Shown here piece by piece: positions 8,859 through 17,204 of a stretch of 64,000 bases of DNA. The stretch spans positions 8,592 through 72,591 of the forward strand of contig JACPEK010000004.1 of assembly GCA_016183535.1 (NCBI GenBank), in the 5' to 3' direction. The notes below the pieces were generated by a model. That model was not told where the DNA came from. It made no database searches and saw only the letters and a program-made list of their open reading frames with translations. The stretch's first letter is position 1, and each line of letters starts with the position of its first letter. A program made the position numbers and the translations under genes. Origin of the DNA: Candidatus Brennerbacteria bacterium (lineage in GTDB: Bacteria; Patescibacteriota; Minisyncoccia; UBA6257; GWB1-50-10).

Positions 8859-10154
8859 CTATCCTAGTTTTCTTGCAAAATATTCCTTCAGGTTCGCTAT
8901 GGGGATTCGTTCTTGTTTTGTGGTGTCGCGGTCGCGGACGGTAACATCATTTTTTTCGAGCGATTCGAAGTCCACCGTGATGCACCACGGCGTACCGATC
9001 TCGTCCTGACTCAAGTAGCGCTTGCCGATATTTCCGCGGTCGTCCCACGCAAAAGAACCAAGGTGTGAGTGGTCGGCTTTTAGAGCTTCGTAAATGTGAC
9101 GGGCGAGTTTCACGAGATCGGGCTTGTTCGCGAGGAGCGGGAAGACCGCGGCCGTAACCGGCGCGATGTGCGGATGAAACTTCATTACCACGCGTTCCTT
9201 TTCCTCCGTATACGCCTCGCACATCAACGCGAGCGCGATCCGCTCTACGCCGGCCGAGGGCTCTATCACATACGGAAGATAACGCTCTTTTGCTTCTTCG
9301 TCAAAATAAGTGAGATCAATCCCAGACGCCTTCGCGTGCGCCGAAAGATCGAAATTGCCGCGGTTCGCCACACCCTCTATTTCCTGCCATCCGAACGGAA
9401 ATTCGTACTCGATATCCGTGGTCGCTTTTGAGTAGTGAGCCCGCTCCTCCTTGGCTTGCTCGCGCAGACGCACCTTCTTCAAGCCGATGGATTCATGCCA
9501 CGCGAAGCGCCGCTTAACCCACTCATCGAAAATTTTTTCATCTTCGTCCGGCTTCACGAAATACTCGAGCTCCATCTGTTCGAACTCGCGCGTGCGGAAC
9601 ACAAAATCGCGCGGATTAATCTCGTTCCGAAACGCCTTACCGATCTGTGCAACGCCAAACGGGAGCTTCAGCCGCGTAGAATTCAACACGTTCTTAAAAT
9701 TCACGAAGATGCCCCCCGCCGTCTCGGGGCGAAGATACGCGACAGACTCCGACCCTTCGGCGGCGCCCACGCGCGTTTCGAACATTAAATTGAACTGCCG
9801 CCCCACGCCAAAATCACCACCACAGTCGGGGCATTCATTTTTTACTTGATCGGCCCGGAATCGATGATGACATTTTTTACATTCCACCATCGCATCCGAG
9901 AAACCGCCTACGTGCCCCGATGCTTCCCATGCTTTCGGATTCATAATGAGAGCCGCGTCAATATCCACGACATCATCGCGACGTTCCACCGTGTCGCGAA
10001 GCCATGCGTGCTTGATATTCCGCTTCAGTTTTGTTCCCAAAGGGCCCCAATCGTAAAAACCGGCAAATCCGCCGTAAATCTCGCTCCCCGGGTAAACAAA
10101 TCCGCGCCGCTTCGCGAGCGCCACCACTTTTTCCATTAAATCTTTTTCTTTCAT
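8859..10154 (-). CDS. glyQS: Glycine--tRNA ligase (single-chain alpha2 type)
   Basis: 431-aa class-II aaRS with a Cys-rich knuckle (CKKCHHRF…CPDCGG) and an anticodon-binding C-terminus. Confidence 0.9.
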   Translation of the reverse strand: MKEKDLMEKVVALAKRRGFVYPGSEIYGGFAGFYDWGPLGTKLKRNIKHAWLRDTVERRDDVVDIDAALIMNPKAWEASGHVGGFSDAMVECKKCHHRFRADQVKNECPDCGGDFGVGRQFNLMFETRVGAAEGSESVAYLRPETAGGIFVNFKNVLNSTRLKLPFGVAQIGKAFRNEINPRDFVFRTREFEQMELEYFVKPDEDEKIFDEWVKRRFAWHESIGLKKVRLREQAKEERAHYSKATTDIEYEFPFGWQEIEGVANRGNFDLSAHAKASGIDLTYFDEEAKERYLPYVIEPSAGVERIALALMCEAYTEEKERVVMKFHPHIAPVTAAVFPLLANKPDLVKLARHIYEALKADHSHLGSFAWDDRGNIGKRYLSQDEIGTPWCITVDFESLEKNDVTVRDRDTTKQERIPIANLKEYFARKLG

Positions 10155-10196
10155 GCCTTTCGCTCATTCCCAGAGCCTAATGCCTAACGCCTAAAT

Positions 10197-12050
10197 TCAC
10201 GGTACCACGCGCCCTTGACCCTCCGCCACCGTGGGATCATCCTCGAGCGCGGTCGTAATCGCCGCGGCGCGACTCGAGAGCGCCGTTCCCGTCCAAACAT
10301 CGGTCGCGGAGAATACTGTGGGGCCGAGGATTGCCTGAAACTTTCCTTCCTGCGACGGCGTCGGCGCCGCGCGCACCTGAAACACCGCCTCAAGCGGTGT
10401 GTTCACAATGCCCTTTCCCGCCGCTATCTTGCCGATTTCCCACACCGCCTCGCGTGTTTCTTCTTCAAAACGCGGCGGCTCTCCGACGCTCGCGGAAGCG
10501 ATGCCGGTCCACGCAACCTCCGGCGGCAACGCGGCACGCACCTTCCCTCCTTCGACATCCGTGGAAAAATTCTTAACGATCCAATGAACGGTATATTCAG
10601 TGGCGGCGCCGACCTTGGGAGGAAACGCTCCCGCGTTCACGACGCCCGCCGCCGCGTCGCGGTAGAAACCCCGCGCGCCCACAAGCGCGAATCCGGCGAG
10701 CTTTGTTTCGAGGATTGCGGTCGCCGCGGTCTTGTCAGCCGAGAGATATGAGGGCACGCTCGGCGATTCAGCATTCACCGTAAGGCGCACCGCGTAGTTT
10801 TTGTCCGAGAGGCGGCGGATGGGGAAAGACGCTTTCAAGGGAATCGCAAGTGCCACTTCGCCCGCTACGTCCGGATCCACAATCCGGAGTGAGGGAACGT
10901 TCAACGCATCCCACGAAATAGTGCGGGCCGCGACGTTCACGCGCCCCTGCGTCCCCACGGAATTCAGATCGTACATTTCCCCGGCGAGCGTCGCGCGTAT
11001 CGTGAGATCCGCAAGCGTAACGCCCGTCTGGTTCCGATAGCGGATGAGATAGGTAACGAGATCACCGGCCCGCGACACATAATCTCCGCTCCCATTCGCG
11101 GTGATTTCGAGAAAAAGCGGGGAGGGCGCAAGCGGCGCGTCCGCCTCCGTTTCGGCAATTGTGTAATCTTTGCCGAGAAAATTTGCCGAGGCGCTCACAC
11201 CAAACGACGCTGAAGTTTCTCCCGCCGCCGCCACCGCACCTTTTACAATGATCGTTCCTTTCGAGCCGGCATTCAGCGCCCCAAACTTCCAATAGTTGTT
11301 GAGTGAATCGGGAGGAAGACTCGCTGATTGAAAAACGAACGGGGCGGGATAGTGCGCTTCGAGCGCGACCCCTGTGAAATCGAACGGGGAAATATTCTCA
11401 TATTCGATCGTAAATTCAAACGATGAATTACCCACCACCCGCTCGGGCATCCGCACGATCGTCCGTATGCCCGATGTTTTCACGGTGAATGTCGCCCGCT
11501 CGTCCGCTTTGAAGCGGCTTCGCCCGCCCGAAACGTAAAGGAGTGAAACCTCGATCTCTTTCTCCGTCCCGGGGTTTCCCACCGCCATGAGGCGAAAAGC
11601 GCGTTTTGCGATTGACCGTCCGCCGATATCTCCTATTGTTTCTTCAACCATTCTTTCTCCGCCCGAGAGGGCGCCGAGCGCCACCACATTTTCAGGAAGA
11701 TCGAGTGATACTGTCGCTTCCCGCGCGATCCCGTCAATCGTATTTTCCGCGTTCACCACCACATCGAAAGGCACTCCGCTCATCACCTCTTCCGGCGCCT
11801 CGAGCGTCAGGATGATTCCGCGCGACGCTTCGCGGGAAAAGAAAAAATAGAGCCCGCCGCCCGCGATCGCGACGACCGCGAGCACTGCGCCCGCGGCAAA
11901 CGCTATTGAGCGCGCCGCGATCCGCACTTTTTCGGAAAACGAAAGAGGCGGCGGCGTCTCCACGACCGACGCTGGATGGGTTGCGTCCGCGCGTTCCTTC
12001 GTGGTGCCCGGAACAATATCGAGCGGTTTCCGTTCAAAATCTTCCACCAT
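10197..12050 (-). CDS. Large membrane-anchored surface protein with repeated beta-rich (DUF11/CARDB-like) modules
   Basis: 617 aa. An N-terminal TM helix (IAFAAGAVLAVVAIAGGGLYFFF) is followed by long Thr/Val/Gly-rich beta-like segments. Confidence 0.5.
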   Translation of the reverse strand: MVEDFERKPLDIVPGTTKERADATHPASVVETPPPLSFSEKVRIAARSIAFAAGAVLAVVAIAGGGLYFFFSREASRGIILTLEAPEEVMSGVPFDVVVNAENTIDGIAREATVSLDLPENVVALGALSGGERMVEETIGDIGGRSIAKRAFRLMAVGNPGTEKEIEVSLLYVSGGRSRFKADERATFTVKTSGIRTIVRMPERVVGNSSFEFTIEYENISPFDFTGVALEAHYPAPFVFQSASLPPDSLNNYWKFGALNAGSKGTIIVKGAVAAAGETSASFGVSASANFLGKDYTIAETEADAPLAPSPLFLEITANGSGDYVSRAGDLVTYLIRYRNQTGVTLADLTIRATLAGEMYDLNSVGTQGRVNVAARTISWDALNVPSLRIVDPDVAGEVALAIPLKASFPIRRLSDKNYAVRLTVNAESPSVPSYLSADKTAATAILETKLAGFALVGARGFYRDAAAGVVNAGAFPPKVGAATEYTVHWIVKNFSTDVEGGKVRAALPPEVAWTGIASASVGEPPRFEEETREAVWEIGKIAAGKGIVNTPLEAVFQVRAAPTPSQEGKFQAILGPTVFSATDVWTGTALSSRAAAITTALEDDPTVAEGQGRVVP

Positions 12051-12055
12051 CGTTT

Positions 12056-12586
12056 TTATACATTTAATAGTACCTCATCACCTCTCCCCGCGACACACGC
12101 GGAACAAACGAACACACCGTCCGCGGGAATAAAAAACCGAATCGCCGGCGCGCGGCATCGGACGCACCGCGCCTCGGCGGGATCGTACCCAAGCATGGGC
12201 AACACGTCCCGCGCCGTAAGCTGTCCCGATTCGAGCGCGCGCCGGACGCCATAGAAGAGACGGGCGTCGGGCACTTCCTTCGGTGCGAGCGCGCGGATCG
12301 CGAAAAGCGCGCCGAGGGCGGCTCCGAACGTAGATGGGGTGCGCCGGACGCGAGCGAACCGGCTCTTCCCGACCGCGTCGGCGAGCGTGTATCGAATCTT
12401 TTTCACGAGCCGCACCGTGACGAGGCTCGGCGGATCGCAGTGAGGAGAAAATTTCGAGACAATGGCGCGGCCGGCAACCATGCGCGCTTCGAGACGGCCG
12501 AGGGCGGGGGTGAGGAGATCGGCCACGCGGTCACTCCCCCGCGGCCGCACTCCGAGCACGATGGCGTCCGTCACAAATTCTTTCAT
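12056..12586 (-). CDS. recO: DNA repair protein RecO
   Basis: OB-fold N-terminus and a C-terminal CxxC…CxxC zinc motif (CVRCRAP…CSAC). The start is probably the internal MKEFVTDAIVLG. Confidence 0.75.
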   Translation of the reverse strand: MKEFVTDAIVLGVRPRGSDRVADLLTPALGRLEARMVAGRAIVSKFSPHCDPPSLVTVRLVKKIRYTLADAVGKSRFARVRRTPSTFGAALGALFAIRALAPKEVPDARLFYGVRRALESGQLTARDVLPMLGYDPAEARCVRCRAPAIRFFIPADGVFVCSACVAGRGDEVLLNV

Positions 12587-12590
12587 ATTC

Positions 12591-14096
12591 CTACCGTTCC
12601 ACTTTCGGCGTACGCCAGAAACCAAGTCGGAATTTACCGCCCAACATCATCCTTGTCTGCGCGTCGAGCGCGGGCACGCCGCTCCACACAAGAAGCGTGA
12701 ACGGCAGGAGAAACCATTGCGCCACATAGAGCAACGCGCGCCACGGATTTTTCCGTTCCCAAACCAGACGCGGAGAGAGGAGCATCACCGAGAGAAATCC
12801 GAACGTAACGATACCGATGAGGCTCAAATTAATCAGCACTCCCGTGACGCTCGGAAGATTGTAGGAGAGCACAGTGGCGTTGAAATCTCGCCCGCCAAGC
12901 ATGAGGGGAAACCAGCCGAAAAAGAAAATAATAAAGGAGCTTGTCGCCCAAGTGTAGAACCCCTCAAGGAGGTTGAACCCCCAAAACCATTTCACGCGGC
13001 GCGGAATGGTTTTGTTTCGGATGAATTCTCCGAAAAGGTAAGGGATGTTCTCGATACCCCACGCCCATCGCCGTTGCTGTTTGTAGAGATTCCGGAGCGC
13101 CTGCCAAAAATTTTCTCCCTCCACCGCGTCCATGGTAACGGGGTAGTAGAGCGGAACCGCGCGCCATCCTCCGTTATAGCGCGAGAGGCACTGAAAAAAT
13201 ATGCGGGAATCCTCCGACACGATGCCGGTATGCCAGTATCCCACCTCCTGAAGCGCGACGAGGGAAATGGAGTGCGAGGAAAACGTCACGAGCTGTTCGT
13301 GCCGCGACTGTTGCATGAAATTCCAGAACGTGGTGGTAAATCCGATGAGCCTCGCAAAAACCGGGGCGCGGTGCAGATTATTAGTGAAAAGCGGGATGGG
13401 TTGGTAGCTCACCCGCCACGGATGCGGTTCGGTGAGAAAACGGCAGGTGAGGACACCGAAGTAGTCCGGACCGGGGCGAGTATCAATATCAAACACCGAC
13501 ACCATGACACGCTCGTGAGGAATGTTGCGCTCTTCAATGAATTTTTCGATCGCTTCTTTCGCCGCCCACGTCTCGTTTGATCCTTTTCCCGGAAGTTCGC
13601 CGGGGATGTTCGCCGGGTGCCGCGCCACATGAAGGCCGGCGAAGAGCCCGCCGAACTCGCGGATCATCGCGCGGGCGGTTTCGGCATCTCCTTCGCCGCC
13701 GCGCTCCTCCGTCGCGAGCACGACAATCATGCGATCCTTTTCATATCGCGCGCGGGCAAGATTCGCCATCGTTTCCCGCACAAGCGCCACCGGTTCCTGA
13801 AACATGGGGAGTACCACGAGGTGGTAGATCTCGCGCGAAGAAATCCATCCCTGTTTTTCGCGGTCAAGCGCCGCGCGCGCGGCCTCCCAGTTCTCGGCGC
13901 GCGTCCGTTTCATCCTCACAAAAGAATAGCGCAGATGAAAAAAGAGATACACGGTCTTTAAAAACCAATAGAGGTCAAAAAGAACAATAAACACCGCGAC
14001 CGCGGCGGGCGCGCGCCACGAAAAAAAGAGGAGGGCGGCGAGCGTACTCCACGAGAGCGCCCCCGGAAGTATTTCAAAAAAGCGGTTTCTGCTCAT
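12591..14096 (-). CDS. Family-2 glycosyltransferase, integral membrane (cellulose/chitin-synthase-like processive GT2)
   Basis: 501 aa with D, DxD and QxxRW-like (QQRRWAWG) signatures and multiple TM helices. Confidence 0.75.
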   Translation of the reverse strand: MSRNRFFEILPGALSWSTLAALLFFSWRAPAAVAVFIVLFDLYWFLKTVYLFFHLRYSFVRMKRTRAENWEAARAALDREKQGWISSREIYHLVVLPMFQEPVALVRETMANLARARYEKDRMIVVLATEERGGEGDAETARAMIREFGGLFAGLHVARHPANIPGELPGKGSNETWAAKEAIEKFIEERNIPHERVMVSVFDIDTRPGPDYFGVLTCRFLTEPHPWRVSYQPIPLFTNNLHRAPVFARLIGFTTTFWNFMQQSRHEQLVTFSSHSISLVALQEVGYWHTGIVSEDSRIFFQCLSRYNGGWRAVPLYYPVTMDAVEGENFWQALRNLYKQQRRWAWGIENIPYLFGEFIRNKTIPRRVKWFWGFNLLEGFYTWATSSFIIFFFGWFPLMLGGRDFNATVLSYNLPSVTGVLINLSLIGIVTFGFLSVMLLSPRLVWERKNPWRALLYVAQWFLLPFTLLVWSGVPALDAQTRMMLGGKFRLGFWRTPKVER

Positions 14097-14150
14097 AGCG
14101 TTCCCGCGCGGCGCGCAGAAAGCGCGTCGCGCGCGTGCGTTATCTTCCTC

Positions 14151-14555
14151 TTAATAGATGAAAACGCCGAGGGCGTCGTCGAGACCAAGGGCGCCGCCTC
14201 CCGTCGTCGCGAGGAGCAGGGAAACCGAGAGGATCAGAAGATCAAATTCGTACCCGCCCACAAGTCCCCGCGCGCGGTTCACCTTCAACACGATAAAAGC
14301 GAACTGGAGCGCCACCAAAACCGCCACCGCCTGCGTGAGAAATCCGACGATGAGCGCTATGCCACCGAAGAATTCAAGAAGGGCGGCAGGAAACGCGAAA
14401 AGCACCCCCGGCCGAAGACCAATCGAAGCCATCCATACGGAGGTCCGCCCTAGATCCTTAAGTTTCGGAAACCCGTGCGCGATGAGAATGACACCGAGCG
14501 CCACACGCAAGAAGAGAATGGCCCAGTCGTAGAATGCAAAAAATGGCTGAATCAT
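14151..14555 (-). CDS. DoxX-family membrane protein
   Basis: The C-terminal 134 aa of the track ORF (MIQPFFAFYDWAILFLRVALGVILIAHGFPKL…) is the DoxX-like part. The upstream extension of the track ORF overlaps the tsaD start on the opposite strand and is probably not translated. Confidence 0.7.
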   Translation of the reverse strand: MIQPFFAFYDWAILFLRVALGVILIAHGFPKLKDLGRTSVWMASIGLRPGVLFAFPAALLEFFGGIALIVGFLTQAVAVLVALQFAFIVLKVNRARGLVGGYEFDLLILSVSLLLATTGGGALGLDDALGVFIY

Positions 14556-14661
14556 GGGAGTAAAAATTCCCGACCTTTGATGATAAGGACGAGTATAGGC
14601 CTCTGCGGACGAAAAGAAAAGAGCGCTGGGAAGCGAGGGCGCGCTCGGATATAATGCCGCC

Positions 14662-15750
14662 ATGCGCATCCTTGCGATCGAAACGAGTTGCGACGAGACG
14701 GGAATCGCGCTCATTGAGGCGACCGGCGGCGTGCGCGCGCCAAGAATCCGCATCCTCAAAAATCTCGTCTCGTCGCAGATCGCGGTGCATGCCCCTTTCG
14801 GCGGCGTGGTGCCAAACCTCGCGAAACGCGAACACCTTAAAAATCTTCCCGTGTTGTATGGGAAAATTTCTGCAAACTCGAAATCCGAAATGCTGGATCC
14901 CGGACAAACTCGCGATCTCAAATCAAAAATTCAAAAAATAGATCTGGTCGCCGTGACGGTCGGACCCGGCCTCGAACCGGCCCTCTGGACCGGCATCACG
15001 TTCGCCAAAGAGCTTTGGAAAAAGCTCAAAACTCAAAATCCAAACATCAAATTAGTAGGCACGAATCACCTCGAAGGCCACCTTTATAGTTTTCTTCTCG
15101 CTAAAAACTATCAACTAAAAACTAAAAACTTATTTCCCGCCATTGCGCTCATTGTATCGGGCGGCCACACCATTCTTCTCACGATGGACTCGCCCGTGAG
15201 GTGGAAAAAAATCGGGGAGACGCGGGACGATGCGGTGGGCGAAGCGTTCGACAAAGTGGCGCGGCTTCTCAACCTTCCCTACCCGGGCGGCCCCGAGATT
15301 GAGAAGCTCGCAAATCGCGGAAACCCCGAAGCGATCGCTTTCCCGCGCCCGATGCTCGATCAAAAGAATTACGATTTCAGCTTCTCGGGACTTAAAACCT
15401 CGGTGCTTTATTACGCGCGAGACCACAAACCAACAACCAACGACCATAATCTAAAAGCCGATATCGCCGCTTCCTTCCAACAAGCCGCCATAGATGTTCT
15501 CATTTCAAAAACCAAACGCGCCACAAAGGAATTCGGCGCGCGATCCATCCTTCTCTCGGGCGGCGTCGCCGCGAATCGCGCCCTCCGAAAAAGGTTATTA
15601 GTCGTAAGTCGCAAGCTATCAGTTAATTTCATGGCCCCACCCATGAAATTCAACACCGACAATGCCGTTATGATCGGCGTTGCGGGATACATGAGCTTCC
15701 TCCGTAAAAAGGCGCGACGCTTTGCCGCGCAGGGAAATCTGGATCTATAA
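14662..15750 (+). CDS. tsaD: tRNA N6-adenosine threonylcarbamoyltransferase TsaD
   Basis: Kae1/TsaD motifs (MRILAIETSCDETG, VSGGHT, CTDNA). It contains two unusual A-rich low-complexity in-frame insertions. Confidence 0.95.
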   Translation: MRILAIETSCDETGIALIEATGGVRAPRIRILKNLVSSQIAVHAPFGGVVPNLAKREHLKNLPVLYGKISANSKSEMLDPGQTRDLKSKIQKIDLVAVTVGPGLEPALWTGITFAKELWKKLKTQNPNIKLVGTNHLEGHLYSFLLAKNYQLKTKNLFPAIALIVSGGHTILLTMDSPVRWKKIGETRDDAVGEAFDKVARLLNLPYPGGPEIEKLANRGNPEAIAFPRPMLDQKNYDFSFSGLKTSVLYYARDHKPTTNDHNLKADIAASFQQAAIDVLISKTKRATKEFGARSILLSGGVAANRALRKRLLVVSRKLSVNFMAPPMKFNTDNAVMIGVAGYMSFLRKKARRFAAQGNLDL

Positions 15751-15756
15751 AATAAA

Positions 15757-15790
15757 AGCGCGGACACAGTGTCCGCGCAAAATTTCTTTC
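15757..15790 (+). terminator. Rho-independent terminator after tsaD
   Basis: gcgcggacac-agt-gtccgcgc followed by aaaatttcttt. Confidence 0.7.
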
Positions 15791-15947
15791 GTTTCTCGGA
15801 GGTATGTGTCAAGAGAGGCGAGCGGTGCGCCACGTTCTCAATCGCGACTGTCGGAAGTTGACCTATAAACATCCGCACGATATAGTATTCCCGTCGACCG
15901 ATCCGCTCCGCAAAAGCGGATTTGTTCTTAAAAGACCGTCCGTAAAC

Positions 15948-17183
15948 ATGATAGACACCAAGGCGCTCGCCGCCGCCGCGGCAAAAGTCGCTTCAGAGAA
16001 GGGAATCCCGCCCGAACGGGTCATCGAAGCGATCGAAACCGCCATTGCGGCCGCCTACAAAAAGGAATACCGAAAACGAACGGAGATTATCCGCGCCAAG
16101 CTCGACGCCAAAACGGGCGCCTTAAACTTCTCACAGATCAAAACAGTGGTGGACCCCGCCAAGGTCCGCATAATTACAGAAAACGAGGAAGAGGCCGAAT
16201 TGCTTCAACCTCCGAAACACCGACCGGAGGCGGAAGGAGAGGAAGAGGTATTACCCCGCTACCATCCGGATCGGCATATTTTCCTCGAGGAAGCGCGCGT
16301 TATAAAATCCGATGTCGCGATCGGCGACGAAGTGGAATTTCCACTCGAAACACACGAGTCGTTCGGGCGCATCGCGGCACAAACCGCGAAACAGGTAATT
16401 CTCCAGGGTCTCCGCGATGCCGAGCGGGCTTCGGTACGGGAAGAGTTTACGGACAAGGAGGGAACGATTGTGAGCGGAGTCATCCAGCGCTTTGAGCGCG
16501 GCAACGTCTATGCGGATCTCGGACGCGCGGTCGGTGTCATGTTCCACACCGAAACCATTCCGGGCGAACACTACCAGATCGGCGAACGGCTCCGCTTCTA
16601 CGTGCTCGCGGTGCAGGACGACGCGCGCCGTCCCGGCATTGTTCTCTCGCGTTCGCACCCCGAATTCGTGAAAAAGTTGTTTGCACTCGAGGTGCCGGAA
16701 ATCGCCGAGGGAGTGGTGGAGATCAAAGGGATCGCGCGCGAGGCGGGAAGTCGCACGAAGGTCGCGGTCGCTTCAAAAGAGGAAGGGGTGGATCCGGTCG
16801 GATCCGCGGTGGGTCAGCGCGGCACGCGAGTTATGGCGGTCACGAACGAGCTCGGAAACGAGAAAATCGACATCATCGAGTGGTCGGACGATCCCGCGAC
16901 CTTCATCGGCAACACGCTCTCCCCCGCGAAGGCAAAACTCGTGGAAACTTTCGATCGGCGCGAGGCGCGAGTCCTGGTTGCCGAGGATCAGCTCTCGCTC
17001 GCGATCGGGAAGGGTGGGCAAAACGTGCGCCTCGCCGCAAAACTCACCGGATGGAAGATAGATGTCCGCTCGCAATCGAATCCAGAAACGGTGCAGGAGG
17101 GAGGGGTGGCGGCGAGTGCGAAGAGAGAACCCGAACCGCTCTCCGACGCTCCGTCCGAAGAAGAAAAAAACGTCGAATCATAA
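15948..17183 (+). CDS. nusA: Transcription termination/antitermination factor NusA
   Basis: S1 and two KH domains. The likely start is MIDTKAL at 15948; the track ORF begins earlier at 15804. Confidence 0.9.
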   Translation: MIDTKALAAAAAKVASEKGIPPERVIEAIETAIAAAYKKEYRKRTEIIRAKLDAKTGALNFSQIKTVVDPAKVRIITENEEEAELLQPPKHRPEAEGEEEVLPRYHPDRHIFLEEARVIKSDVAIGDEVEFPLETHESFGRIAAQTAKQVILQGLRDAERASVREEFTDKEGTIVSGVIQRFERGNVYADLGRAVGVMFHTETIPGEHYQIGERLRFYVLAVQDDARRPGIVLSRSHPEFVKKLFALEVPEIAEGVVEIKGIAREAGSRTKVAVASKEEGVDPVGSAVGQRGTRVMAVTNELGNEKIDIIEWSDDPATFIGNTLSPAKAKLVETFDRREARVLVAEDQLSLAIGKGGQNVRLAAKLTGWKIDVRSQSNPETVQEGGVAASAKREPEPLSDAPSEEEKNVES

Positions 17184-17204
17184 ATAAAAAAACAATAGAC
17201 CGTT

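Noticed and set aside
12462-13580. 372-aa plus-strand ORF (Arg/His-rich) and many similar long ORFs elsewhere (for example 4148..5395, 17802..18926, 26641..27531, 47916..49046, 52049..53092, 58576..60240)
   Set aside because: They lie antisense to, or are frame-shifted within, well-supported conserved genes (GT2, metG, hppA, ftsK, pnp, comM, T4SS cluster). They have Arg/Gly/Pro-biased low-complexity composition typical of spurious open frames in GC-rich DNA, and no recognisable motifs.
14556-14921. N-terminal 122 codons of the track ORF 14151..14921 as part of the DoxX protein
   Set aside because: The DoxX-like sequence starts at the internal Met (MIQPFFAFYDWAIL…). The upstream extension is Arg/Ser/Pro-rich, unlike DoxX, and overlaps the divergent tsaD start region.
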